Assembly (NCBI GenBank): GCA_965203055.1
Contig: OZ241863.1
Location: forward strand, 3,456,001-3,520,000
Length of the DNA: 64,000 nt
Direction: 5' to 3'
DNA from: Spirochaetia bacterium
GTDB lineage: Bacteria > Spirochaetota > Spirochaetia > SZUA-6 > Bin103
Positions 52,365 to 62,183 of this stretch are shown piece by piece (position 1 is the first letter of the stretch; each line of letters starts with the position of its first letter). Made by a program: the position numbers and the translations under genes. Below the pieces are notes generated by a model. It was given only the letters and a program-made list of their open reading frames with translations. It was not told where the DNA came from and ran no database searches.

Positions 52365-53796
52365 GCGCGCCGCTCCGGCCGCGGCCCGGATCGGGGCGGC
52401 AGCCGACCTGCACGGGATGCGCGCCACCGTGATGGGACTGGGGTTGCACGGCGGCGGCCTGGCGGCGGCGCAGTTCCTGGCGCGCCGCGGCGCGCGGGTG
52501 ACGGTCACCGACCGGCGCCCGCGCGAAGCGCTGCAGTCCACCCTGGAGCAGCTCGACGGCTCGGTGCGGGTGGTACTCGGGGGCCACGAACCGGCGGACT
52601 TCACGCATGCCGACCTGGTGATCAAGAACCCGGCGGTAGCGCCCGACTCGCCCTTCCTCGAGGCTGCGCGCACCGCCGGAGTCCCCATCGAAACCGACAT
52701 TTCCCTGTTCCTCCGCCTGCATCCGGCCACTCCGCTGCTGGCGGTGACCGGCAGCAAGGGCAAGTCCACCACCGCCGCGGCGCTGCACCACGGCCTGCGG
52801 CAGTGGCATCCCGCGGCGCGCCTGGGCGGCAACATCACCACCTCGCCGCTGGCCTTCGCCGCGGCCCTCGGCGCGGATACCCCGGTGGTGCTGGAGCTCT
52901 CCTCATGGCAGTTGGGCGACCTGCCCGATCCGGCCCTGCTGCGGGCACGGGTGGCGGTGCTGACCAACATCCTGCCCGACCACCAGGACCGCTACCCGTC
53001 GCTGCGGGCCTACGCGCGGGACAAGCTGCGCCTGTTCGCCGGCCAGCGCGGCGCCGACCACGCCATCCTCGGCAGCGGTACCGCGCGCTGGCTGGAGCAG
53101 CCGCCGGCGGCCCGGCAGTGGCACGTTGCGGAGGGAACGCTGCCGCCCGGGAGCGGCGGCGCGGTGCTCGCCGGAGACCGCGCCTGGCTGCAGCTCGGCG
53201 GCGGCGAGCGCCGGCCGCTGGTGGCGGAGCGGCAGCTTCGCGGGCGCCACAACCTGCTCAACCTGGCGGCCGCGGCGCTGGCCGCGGCGGCATTCGTGGG
53301 GCTGGGCGAGCGGGCGCGCATCGCCCGTTCGCTGGCCGGCTTCAGCGGCCTGGAGCATCGTCTGGAGACGGTGGCTCACTGGCGCGGCATACACTTCGTG
53401 AACGACTCCGCTGCCACCATGCCGCACGCCACCGCCGCGGCGCTGGCGGCGCTGCCGCGGCCGATAACCCTGATCGCCGGCGGCAACGACAAGCAGCTCG
53501 ACTTCGGGGTGTTGACGGACGCCCTGGCGCCGGTCACCGCGGCGGTGCTGCTGGCCGGCACCGCCACCGCCAAGCTCGGCGCCGCGCTGGCGGCCGGCGC
53601 GGTGGCCGCGCACGGCCCCTTCCCGCGCCTGGACGCCGCGCTGCGTGCCGCGGTAGCGGCCACGCCGGCCGGGGGAACGGTGCTGTTCTCCCCGGCGGCC
53701 ACCTCCTTCGGAATGTTCGCCCACGAGTTCGACCGCGGGCGCGCGTTCAAGCGCGCGGTGGCCGAGTTGACGCGCGGCGCCGCGGCCGCCGATTGA
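52357..53796 (+). CDS. murD: UDP-N-acetylmuramoyl-L-alanine--D-glutamate ligase
   Basis: VMGLGLHGGG, VTGSKGKSTT, GGNI, LELSSWQL, DHQDRY, EHRLE, NDSAAT, SPAATSFGMF...RG. Confidence 0.94.
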   Translation: MAERAAPAAARIGAAADLHGMRATVMGLGLHGGGLAAAQFLARRGARVTVTDRRPREALQSTLEQLDGSVRVVLGGHEPADFTHADLVIKNPAVAPDSPFLEAARTAGVPIETDISLFLRLHPATPLLAVTGSKGKSTTAAALHHGLRQWHPAARLGGNITTSPLAFAAALGADTPVVLELSSWQLGDLPDPALLRARVAVLTNILPDHQDRYPSLRAYARDKLRLFAGQRGADHAILGSGTARWLEQPPAARQWHVAEGTLPPGSGGAVLAGDRAWLQLGGGERRPLVAERQLRGRHNLLNLAAAALAAAAFVGLGERARIARSLAGFSGLEHRLETVAHWRGIHFVNDSAATMPHATAAALAALPRPITLIAGGNDKQLDFGVLTDALAPVTAAVLLAGTATAKLGAALAAGAVAAHGPFPRLDAALRAAVAATPAGGTVLFSPAATSFGMFAHEFDRGRAFKRAVAELTRGAAAAD

Positions 53797-53835
53797 CTTG
53801 GGCAGACCGCGGTCCCGGCCTGCCGGCGCGGCGCG

Positions 53836-54915
53836 TTACCTCATTCGGAGCGCGCCCGCGGCGCGGTTGCGGAGGCGCACCAGGAGCGGGCGCACCTGCC
53901 CGTAGTAGCGGCGGCGCAGCAGTTCGCCCTGGCGCAGGAGGCGATAGGAGAGCGGTTGCAGGGCGTAATCCCAGCACCCGCGGCGGTGTACGATGGCGCC
54001 GCCGAAGCCGGTCTTGAACTGGTACAGACCGAACCAGGGGTGGGAGGGGTCGGCCGCCGGCGGGATGCCGTACAGGTCGTAGGTGCGGCAGCCGCGCTCG
54101 CGCGCCAGCCGCAGCGCGGCCCACTGCAACGCGTAGTTGGCCATCAACTCGCGGCGGCGCGGCGCCGAGGCGCCGTACAGGTAGCGGCCCATGCGGCCGC
54201 AGATACTGACCACGATGCCGCCGAGCAGTTCGTCCCGGTAGCTGGCGGACAGCAGGAACAGCTCCGGCGCCGCGGCGGCCGCGGCCAGCTCGAACAGCGC
54301 GGCGAAGTAGCGCTCGCTGTGCGTGGTAATGCGGTGGCGGGCGGCCGTGGCGCGGTACAGACGGTACCAGTCGGCCAGGGGCCGGCCGCACGCCGCCGCC
54401 GCCGGGAGCACCGCGACGGTCACCCCGCGGCGTTGCGCCAAGCGGATGTTGTAGCGGGTCTTGGGCTTCATCCGCGCCAGCAACCGCGCCTCATCTTCCC
54501 GGAGGTCTACCAGCACGGTGCTCGTCGGCTGCACGTCGACCGGCGCCCGGTACAGGCGGGCGGCGGTGAGCGGAACCGCCGCCGCCGGCCACGGCAGGTC
54601 GTAGCGCACCAGCGCGGGGCGGCGGGCGGCGGCGCCGGCGCGCGGGAGCGCGATGCGCGGCGCCAGCTCGGCCAGCACGCGCGCCGGGTCGCCGGTCGCG
54701 GGCGCCGCCGACGGAGCCCCCGGCACGTACGCCAGGAGGCCGAACGGGGTCGGCCGCGTCAGCGTGAGGAGGGTCCCGCCGCTCCCCGCCGCCTGCCAGG
54801 AAACCGCCTGCGGGTGCCAGCCGAAGCGCTGCTTGAAGCGGCCCCACAGAGCGCTCTGCAGCAACTCGTCGCCGGGCTGCAAGTCATCGAGCGCGATCGG
54901 CAACGCTTGCGCCAT
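53836..54915 (-). CDS. FemABX-family lipid II:aminoacyl (glycyl) transferase
   Basis: LLQSALWGRFK, MKPKTRYNIRLA, YLYGAS, LQWAALR, YDLYGI, GLYQFKTGFGG. ATG 54915 is 6 nt after TACCAT. Confidence 0.9.
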   Translation of the reverse strand: MAQALPIALDDLQPGDELLQSALWGRFKQRFGWHPQAVSWQAAGSGGTLLTLTRPTPFGLLAYVPGAPSAAPATGDPARVLAELAPRIALPRAGAAARRPALVRYDLPWPAAAVPLTAARLYRAPVDVQPTSTVLVDLREDEARLLARMKPKTRYNIRLAQRRGVTVAVLPAAAACGRPLADWYRLYRATAARHRITTHSERYFAALFELAAAAAAPELFLLSASYRDELLGGIVVSICGRMGRYLYGASAPRRRELMANYALQWAALRLARERGCRTYDLYGIPPAADPSHPWFGLYQFKTGFGGAIVHRRGCWDYALQPLSYRLLRQGELLRRRYYGQVRPLLVRLRNRAAGALRMR

Positions 54916-54996
54916 CGCGGCATGGTACCGTGACCGCGCGCCGCTCAACCATGGCGGGCCGCAGCGCGGACGCAGCGCGGGCGCGGCGCGGGCGCG

Positions 54997-56289
54997 TCAG
55001 CGGCGCAGGGCGGCGATCAGCTTCTCCGCGTCCTCCACCGAGATCTTGTCCTCCCGCAGCAGGTTGAGCACCGTCTTGATCTCCGCGCTGCGGTCTTCTT
55101 CGCGCCCGCCGCGGCCGTGCTCGCCGCGGCCGTGCTCCCCGCGCTGCTCGCGGCGCTGCGCGCCGGGACCGCCGAAGCGGAACGCGCGCCGCATCTCCCG
55201 CGACACCTCCTCGCCGAGACGGCCGAACTTCATGCCGAACTCCTTCATGTCGCGCATGAACCGAGGAAACTCCTCGCCGAAGTCGACGTCGAACCAGACG
55301 CCCTCGTCATGTGGGCCGTGGTGCGAGAACTCGTCCTCATGGTCACGGCTGCGAGTCTCGAAATCAGCGTGCTTCATCACTTCGATCCCCCCTCTCAGGT
55401 TATTGATCAGCAGCAGCAGCTCCGGCGCCCCGGAGCCAAACTGCAGCGTGGTCACCCCGCGCTCGGCGCGGGTGCGGGCAGTGCCCAGATAGTTGCGCAT
55501 CACGCCCAGGGTCCGCGCCTTCACGGTGGCGCTGACCTGTTCCGGCAAGGCGACGGTAATCGGGCCGTTGGCGGAATGGACCGCCAGGCGGGGCGGGCCG
55601 GCGGCGGCATCCGCGGCGGCCTCCGGCGCGCCGGGACCGGCCGGCGAACCGGCGGCGTCCGGCTCGCCTTGGGCCAGGGGCGCGATCTGCAGGGCGATAC
55701 GGCCGTTGGCGCAACGCACCGTACCGCCGCCGATCCGGCCCTGGGCCACGCGTACCCGCCCGTTGGCGGTAGCGATCTGCAGGCGCGGGGTGGCGACCTC
55801 GCTCAGGTTGACCGAACCGTTGGCCGCGGATACGTCCAGGTGCTCGGCAACGCAGTCGCTGAGGTCGATCCCTCCATTGGCGGCGGCCAGGCGCAACGGG
55901 CCGCGATGCCGGCGCACCTCGAGCGCTCCGTTGCGGGTACGCGCGTTGAGCGGACCGGTGAGACCGTGCACCTGCACGGCGCCGTTGCGACTGCGCAGAC
56001 GGAGCCGGGTGGGCGCCGGGATCCGCACCCGCACCTCGACCTTGTCCGGCTCCTCCACCTTGCGCTCCTCCAGGGTGGCTACCGGCGCGCCGCCGTCGTC
56101 CGCCTCCCGCGTGCCCGCCACGAAGCGCTCCCGCAGGCGCTCGTCGAGCTCTTCGCGCCGCTCCCCTTCCTGAAGGACGAAGCGCGCCCGGGCGGTGTCA
56201 TCGCCGCTCGGTTCCACGATCAGCGCGGTGTGGCGCAGGTTGATCTCCAGGCGCGGCGCAGCCGCGGCCAACGGTAGTTCAATAGTCAT
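54997..56289 (-). CDS. DUF4097 beta-strand-repeat protein with C-terminal SHOCT-like domain (YvlB/LiaX-like)
   Basis: Repeated xxNGxV/I turns (SRNGAV, TRNGAL, AANGGI, TANGRV...); C-term VLNLLREDKISVEDAEKLIAAL. GGAGGAG RBS. Confidence 0.8.
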   Translation of the reverse strand: MTIELPLAAAAPRLEINLRHTALIVEPSGDDTARARFVLQEGERREELDERLRERFVAGTREADDGGAPVATLEERKVEEPDKVEVRVRIPAPTRLRLRSRNGAVQVHGLTGPLNARTRNGALEVRRHRGPLRLAAANGGIDLSDCVAEHLDVSAANGSVNLSEVATPRLQIATANGRVRVAQGRIGGGTVRCANGRIALQIAPLAQGEPDAAGSPAGPGAPEAAADAAAGPPRLAVHSANGPITVALPEQVSATVKARTLGVMRNYLGTARTRAERGVTTLQFGSGAPELLLLINNLRGGIEVMKHADFETRSRDHEDEFSHHGPHDEGVWFDVDFGEEFPRFMRDMKEFGMKFGRLGEEVSREMRRAFRFGGPGAQRREQRGEHGRGEHGRGGREEDRSAEIKTVLNLLREDKISVEDAEKLIAALRR

Positions 56290-56312
56290 AACGCTCCTCC
56301 CTGCCCCGCGCC

Positions 56313-56744
56313 TCACAGTTGGCGCAGGGCGTCGTCCACGGCGATGCGCCCGCGGCGCACCTCGCGCAGCAAGGCCAGGCGCGCGCTGCGGGCCGGCGCC
56401 TCACCGGCGCCCGGCGCGGCCTCTTCCACCGGCGGCGCGGGCGCCGCCGCCTCGGCGCGCAGCCGCGCCTCCGCCAGCCGCGCGTTGACACTGGCCAACC
56501 GCGCCTTCACCGTGGGATAGGAGATCCCCAGGCGCCGTTCCACGCTGCGGAAGTTGCCCTCCGCTTCCAGGAACACGTTGACGAAGTGCAGCAACTCGGC
56601 CGGCAGGGCGCATACCTCACAACGCCGGAACGCACCCCGCAGGATGAGTCCGCAACCGCGGCAGCGGTACTCCCGGACCAGCAGTTCATCCGCGCACAGC
56701 GGGCAGGCACCGAGTCCCTCCCGCACCTCCGGCATCGCCGACAT
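56313..56744 (-). CDS. DUF2089 family protein (zinc ribbon + HTH + SHOCT-like)
   Basis: CPLC...CRGC zinc ribbon; FLEAEGNFRSVERRLGISYPTVKARL HTH; REVRRGRIAVDDALRQL. Confidence 0.88.
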   Translation of the reverse strand: MSAMPEVREGLGACPLCADELLVREYRCRGCGLILRGAFRRCEVCALPAELLHFVNVFLEAEGNFRSVERRLGISYPTVKARLASVNARLAEARLRAEAAAPAPPVEEAAPGAGEAPARSARLALLREVRRGRIAVDDALRQL

Positions 56745-56772
56745 GACCACAATGTCGCCGCCACCCTTCAGG

Positions 56773-56794
56773 AAATCAATAGCGCTATTGATTT
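56773..56794. promoter_or_regulatory. perfect 22-bp palindromic operator overlapping the DUF2089 promoter
   Basis: AAATCAATAGCGCTATTGATTT is its own reverse complement and contains the minus-strand -35 TTGATT (17 nt, GACATT, 6 nt, ATG 56744). Confidence 0.8.
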
Positions 56795-56854
56795 TTTCAA
56801 GGGGGCATCCCGGCACCCGCCGCTCGGTCCGCCGCGTGCGTCCGCTCCCGATCC

Positions 56855-56883
56855 TTGACTAGGCGGCTGCCGCGCGCTACGTT
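56855..56883 (+). promoter_or_regulatory. hflKC promoter
   Basis: TTGACT-17nt-TACGTT. Confidence 0.65.
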
Positions 56884-56967
56884 CAAGCCGATTGCGCAGC
56901 CGATGCGCGCGGGGCCGGCGCCGGCTGGTCTCCGGGCTCCCGCGGCGTTGCGCGGTCAGGGGGATTC

Positions 56968-57954
56968 ATGGCAGAACGTGATGTGACGCAAGCGCGGATG
57001 GCGGGCAACTTCAGCCCTCGGGCGGTCGGAGTGGTCATCGGAGTCGTCGTCCTGTTTGCGATCATCGTCTCCAGCGTGTTCGTGGTCGATCAGCGGGAAA
57101 CCGCGGTGGTGCTCCGCTTCGGCCGCTTCCTGCGCGAGGCTAACGAGGGGCTGCACTTCAAGTTGCCGTTCGGGATCGACCGCAACATCAACGTCGAGAC
57201 CGAACAGATCAAGAAGCTGGAGTTCGGCTACCGCACCGAGCGCGCCGGCGTCCAGACCGTGTTCTCGGCCCAGGACTTTCCCGACGAGTCAGTGATGCTG
57301 ACCGGCGATCTCAACATCGTCGACGTCGAGTGGTCGATCCAGTACCGGATCAAAGACGCGCGCGACTACCTGTTCAACGTGCTCGACCAGGAGAAGACGC
57401 TGCGCGACATCTCGCAGTCGGTGATCAACCAGTTGGTGGGGGACCGCGCGATTCTGGACGTGATCGGCACCGAACGGGAGAACATCGAGTTCATCGGCCA
57501 GGAGCGGATGAACGAGATCTTCAACTCCTACGAGCTGGGGATCAACGTCACCGCGCTCAAGCTGCAGAACATCGTGCCCCCCAAGGGGGCGGTGCAGAAC
57601 GCGTTCGAAGACGTCAACAAGGCGATTCAGGACCGCAGCCGCTTCATCGAAGAGGGCAAGGAGGCGTACAATCAGGCGATTCCGCGCGCGCGGGGGCAGG
57701 CGCTGCAGATCATTCAGGAGGCGGAGGGCTACCGCGAGGAGCGCATCAACCGCGCCCACGGCGACACCGCCCGCTTCCGCGCCGTGTACGAGGAGTACCG
57801 GCTCAACCCCGAAGTGACCCGTTCGCGCCTCTACTTCGAAATGTTCGAGGACGTGTTCGTGACCGCGGACGGCACCGACCTGATCGACCGTAACCTGGAC
57901 AACTTCATCCCGTTGAAGAACCTGGTTCCCACGTTCCAAGGAGCGACCCAGTGA
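56968..57954 (+). CDS. hflK: FtsH protease modulator HflK
   Basis: AVVLRFG, GLHFKLPFGID, MLTGDLNIVDV, AFEDV, IPRARGQA, EVTRSRLY. Confidence 0.95.
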   Translation: MAERDVTQARMAGNFSPRAVGVVIGVVVLFAIIVSSVFVVDQRETAVVLRFGRFLREANEGLHFKLPFGIDRNINVETEQIKKLEFGYRTERAGVQTVFSAQDFPDESVMLTGDLNIVDVEWSIQYRIKDARDYLFNVLDQEKTLRDISQSVINQLVGDRAILDVIGTERENIEFIGQERMNEIFNSYELGINVTALKLQNIVPPKGAVQNAFEDVNKAIQDRSRFIEEGKEAYNQAIPRARGQALQIIQEAEGYREERINRAHGDTARFRAVYEEYRLNPEVTRSRLYFEMFEDVFVTADGTDLIDRNLDNFIPLKNLVPTFQGATQ

Positions 57955-58949
57955 AGAAAGGCGTTACCGTAGGCGTCGTCGTCATATTCCTGATCATCGT
58001 GTTCCTGATGCTCGGGCCGCTGTGGGTGCTGCAGGAAGGGGAGCAGGCGGTGCTGCTGCAGTTCGGGCGCATCGTGGCGTCGCACCAGGAGGCGGGCTTG
58101 AAGCTGAAGACGCCGGTGATCGACCGCGTGGTCAAGTTCCCCCAGAAGATCCTGTCGTGGGACGGCGCCGCGCAGCGCATCCCCACCGAGGAGAACCAGT
58201 TCATCTGGGTGGACACCACCGCCCGTTGGCAAATCTCCGATCCGGGGAAGTTCTACGAGTCGGTTACCACCATCGATCAGGCCGCCTCGCGCCTCGACGA
58301 CATCATCGATTCCGAGGTGCGCAAGATCATTTCCCGCAATCCGCTCACCGAGGCGGTGCGCAACTCCGACGTGATCAACCAGATCGAGCGGCGCAACGTG
58401 TTCGCCACCGCCGGCGCCGAGAGCGCGATCGACGACAGCGTGATCGTCGATACGTTCACCCAGATCACCTACCCGGCGATCCTCACGGGGCGTACCCAAT
58501 TGTCGGAGCAGGTGCTCACCGAGGGGCGCAAGCTGATCCCGCAGTTCGGCATCGAGCTGATCGACGTGGTGATCCGCCAGATCAAGTACTCGGACGACCT
58601 TACCGAGAGCGTCTACAACCGCATGATCGCCGACCGGCAGCAGATCGCGCAGGCGTTTCGTTCGGACGGCGAAGGCCAGAAGGCGGATTGGCTCGGGCGG
58701 CGCTCGCGCGAGTTGAACGTGGTGCTGTCGGAAGCGCGCCGCCAGGCGGAGGAGATCAAGGGCGACGCCGACGCGCAGGCCGCCAACATCTACGCCGAGG
58801 CGTACACCCGGGACCCGGAGTTCTACGAGTTCTGGAAGGCGGTCGAAGCGTACCGGATGCTGATGCCGAAGTTCCGCAAGACGCTGACCACGGACGCCGA
58901 ATTCTTCAAGTACCTGTACAACCAGGACGGCAGCGGCAGCGGGCCGTAA
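57951..58949 (+). CDS. hflC: FtsH protease modulator HflC
   Basis: QAVLLQFG, ILSWDG, FGIELIDVVIRQI, VYNRMIADR, DPEFYEFW; GTGA overlap with hflK. Confidence 0.95.
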   Translation: MKKGVTVGVVVIFLIIVFLMLGPLWVLQEGEQAVLLQFGRIVASHQEAGLKLKTPVIDRVVKFPQKILSWDGAAQRIPTEENQFIWVDTTARWQISDPGKFYESVTTIDQAASRLDDIIDSEVRKIISRNPLTEAVRNSDVINQIERRNVFATAGAESAIDDSVIVDTFTQITYPAILTGRTQLSEQVLTEGRKLIPQFGIELIDVVIRQIKYSDDLTESVYNRMIADRQQIAQAFRSDGEGQKADWLGRRSRELNVVLSEARRQAEEIKGDADAQAANIYAEAYTRDPEFYEFWKAVEAYRMLMPKFRKTLTTDAEFFKYLYNQDGSGSGP

Positions 58950-59004
58950 CAGCGGCGGCACCGCGGTCTTACCGGGGGAGCGGCCTTTGCCGGCGGGCCG
59001 GCCG

Positions 59005-60552
59005 ATGAAGCCGCTCTCCCTGGCGCGGCTGGCGGCGGCGCTGGAGCCGGAAGCGGTGCGCGGCGGCAGCGACCGCCGCGTCACGCAGATCTGCTACGAC
59101 AGCCGGCGCGTGCGGCCGGGAGCGTTGTTCGTGGCGCAACCCGGCGCGCACGTGGACGGCCATCGGTTCATCCCCGGTGCCATCGCGGCGGGGAGCGTGG
59201 CCGTGGTCCACAGCCGGCCGCTGGACCACTACGCCGCCGGCGTTACCTATCTGCGCGTAACCGACGCCGCCGCGGCGCTGTCGCGCGCCGCGGCCTGCTT
59301 CTACCGCCATCCGGCGCGCGAGCTGACCGTGGTGGGCGTGACCGGCACCAACGGCAAGAGCACCACGGCATGGTGGATCTACCACCTGTTGCGGGAGCTG
59401 CGGGTGGCGGCCGGCCTGATCTCCACGGTCGGCTGCGATTACGGCGCCGGGCTCGGCACCAATCCCGAACACGTCACCACGCCGCTGGCGGTCGAGACCC
59501 ACGCCGCGCTGCGCGCCATGGCCGATGCCGGGCTCGAGGCAGCGGTGGTGGAGGCTTCCTCGTGGGGCCTCGCCGCCGGCAGCAAGCGGCTGGCGGACGT
59601 CGGCTTCGACGCCGGGGTGATCACCAACTTCAGCCACGATCACCTCGAACTGCACGGCAGCGCCGCCGCCTACCTGGACGCGAAGCTCAATTTGTTCCGC
59701 GCGCTGCGCGGGCGCGGCGCCTTCGCGGTGGCGCCGCCGCAGCTTGCCGCGCAGGTGCGCGCCGCGACCGCCGCGCCGGTGCACCTCTTCGGGCGCGACC
59801 GGGACCCGGGCCGCGGCGGCGCTACGGCCACTGCCATACGCGGCGCCGGCGCCGGCGGCAGCGCGCGCGCCGGCATGCGCTTCGTCCTGCACCTGGACGG
59901 CGCCGCGGCGGACTGCAGCCTGACCGCTCCCGGGGCGTTCAATCTGGACAACTGCCTGGCAGCGGCGGCAGTGGCAGCCCGCCGCTGCGGGCTGCAGGCG
60001 GCCGATCTGGCGGCGCCGATAGCCGCCTTGCGCCTGCCGCCCGGACACATGGAAGAGCTGGACTGCGGCCAGCCGTTCCGGGTGGTGATCGATTACGCGC
60101 ACACGCCCGAGGCATTCCGCGCCGCCCTCTCCTGCCTGGCCGAACAGGCCCGGAGCGGCGGCGGGCGGCTGATCGCGGTGTTCGGCTCCGCCGGGGAACG
60201 GGACGTCGAAAAGCGCCCGCAACAGGGCCGCATCGCCTGCCGGTACGCCGACCTGGTGGTGCTGACCGACGAGGATTGCCGGGGGGAGGAACCGTTGGCG
60301 ATCCTGCGCCAGATAGCCGCCGGCTGCCGCGGCCGCACCCTCGGCACCGACCTGGTGCTGGAGGTGGAGCGGGAGGCGGCTATCGCCTGCGCCGTTGCGG
60401 CCGCGCGCCCGCGCGACGTGGTGGCGCTGCTCGGCAAGGGGCACGAGGCCAGCATCATCGGCCCGCGCGGAGCGCGGGCGTGGAATGAACGCGCCGCCGC
60501 GGAAGCGGCCCTCCGGGCCGCCGGTTACGGTCAGGCGACCGCCGCATGCTGA
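59005..60552 (+). CDS. murE: UDP-MurNAc-dipeptide--diamino acid ligase MurE (probably L-ornithine type)
   Basis: DSRRV, GVTGTNGKSTT, HVTTP, EASS, TNFSHDHLELH, DYAHTP, FGSAGERD, TDEDCRGE, GKGHE. Confidence 0.94.
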   Translation: MKPLSLARLAAALEPEAVRGGSDRRVTQICYDSRRVRPGALFVAQPGAHVDGHRFIPGAIAAGSVAVVHSRPLDHYAAGVTYLRVTDAAAALSRAAACFYRHPARELTVVGVTGTNGKSTTAWWIYHLLRELRVAAGLISTVGCDYGAGLGTNPEHVTTPLAVETHAALRAMADAGLEAAVVEASSWGLAAGSKRLADVGFDAGVITNFSHDHLELHGSAAAYLDAKLNLFRALRGRGAFAVAPPQLAAQVRAATAAPVHLFGRDRDPGRGGATATAIRGAGAGGSARAGMRFVLHLDGAAADCSLTAPGAFNLDNCLAAAAVAARRCGLQAADLAAPIAALRLPPGHMEELDCGQPFRVVIDYAHTPEAFRAALSCLAEQARSGGGRLIAVFGSAGERDVEKRPQQGRIACRYADLVVLTDEDCRGEEPLAILRQIAAGCRGRTLGTDLVLEVEREAAIACAVAAARPRDVVALLGKGHEASIIGPRGARAWNERAAAEAALRAAGYGQATAAC

Positions 60553-62179
60553 GCCGTTCCACCGGTCTCGGCGTTGCGCTGCTAGGTCTCGGCGGACTGA
60601 TAGGGAGCGTTCCGCTGGCGGCGCAGCCGGGGCCTGCGCCGGCGCGCCCCGGCGGCGACGCGATCGCGGTGCAGGCGGACATTTCCGGCAGCCAACTGGC
60701 CGCCCGCGCCGCCGGGTTACTGGAGGAATGGTACGGCCAGTACGTGACCGCACGGCCGGCGGGCGCCGGCGCGGACGGCGCCGAAGGCGCCGCGTGGCGC
60801 CTGCAGCTCGCCGCGACCGAGGGCGCCCACGGCGTGCGGTTGCGCAGCGAACTGACCTCCCCCGGCGGCGCGGTAGCAACGCGCGACGCCTGGCTGCCGC
60901 CCGGCTCGTCCGGCGCGCTGGCCGCGACCGCCGCCGCGGACGCCTTCTGGCTGTGGGCGCAGGCGCGGCAGTTCCCCTACCTTTCCGAGCTGGCGTCCGC
61001 TCCGGTGCGCAGCGCGACGCTGGCGCCGCACGCTCTGAGCCGGCTCGACCAGCGCCCGGCGGCAGCCGGCCTGCTCGCCGCCGCCGCCTACGCCGGCGGC
61101 ATGCTGGTGCTGTCCCCCGCCGGGCCGCTGGCGCTCGGCCCCCGATTCGAGCTCACGCCGGACACCATGCTGTGGCTTACCTGGCGGGACCCCGGCGGGT
61201 CGGACCGGTGGCACGGCCTCCATCCGCTGGCCGACGGCCGCGTGGTGCTGCAACCGGCCGTGGGGCCGGCGCGGCTGGTCGATCCCTACCACGACCGCAG
61301 CGCGCCGCTCCCAGCGGCGCCGGCGGCGGCGCACCGCAGCGCCGGGGAGCCGCCGCCGGCGCTGCTTACCGTCACCCCGAACGGCACGGCCGTATGGCAC
61401 CGTCCGGGATTGCTCGCCACCCGGCAACCGGCGGGCGGCGCCGGCGCGGCGGCGGCCCTCGAACTGCCGCCGGGCAGCATCGCGCCCGCGGCGGTCACCG
61501 GCGACGCCCAGGGCGCGGTGTGGGCGTTCGACCCCCGCGAGCGGCGAATTCGCGTGTTCGCCCCCGGCGCCGGCAACGGCGCCGGGCTGCGCCAGCTATT
61601 CGCGGTTACCCCGCTGCTGCCGCAAGCGGAGCTGGCCGGCGTCCAGACGCTTGCGGTCACCGGCGCCGGCCACGTGCTGATCGGTTCGCGCCGCGCCATC
61701 TGGAAGCTCGACCGGCGCGGGCTGCCGGTGTGGTCGTTGCGCCTGCTGAACACGAGTCCGCGCCAGCGCCTGCCGCAGGCGTTCGCCGTCGCCGCCCGGG
61801 AAGAGAAAGAGGAGCAGGCGGCGTTCCTGCTCCTCGACCGTACCACCGGCGCGCTGCACCGCTTCATCGAGCGGCCGCAGCCGGAGGCAGCGCCGGCGCC
61901 GGACCAGCCGCCGCTGCTGCTGCGCGCCCCCGGCGCGACGCCGCCGGGCGCGCTGGCCGCGGCCTTGACCGACAACGCGCTGCGCGCCGCGCAGCGCGCC
62001 TGGCAACGGGACCACGCCGGCGCCGCCCACCGGCTGCTCGCCGCGGCGCGCCGCTCCCTGAGCCGCTGGCGCGCCGCCGACCCGCTGGCCCGGGACGCCG
62101 ACCAGCGCGCCGCCGCCATCGAGACCCTCGCGCCCGCCGTCGAGCAGGCGCTCTACGGAGAACCGGGAGAAGCGGGCGA

Positions 62180-62183
<4 letters not shown>
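60546..62183 (+). CDS. exported hypothetical protein (possible beta-propeller segments, helical C-terminus)
   Basis: Signal peptide; NHL-like segments (AVTGDAQGAVWAFDPRERRIRVF; LAVTGAGHVLIG); overlaps the murE stop. Confidence 0.6.

Noticed and set aside
55111..55143. Tandem GEHGR-GEHGR repeat in the DUF4097 gene
   Set aside because: Two-copy in-frame slippage in a linker; not an array.
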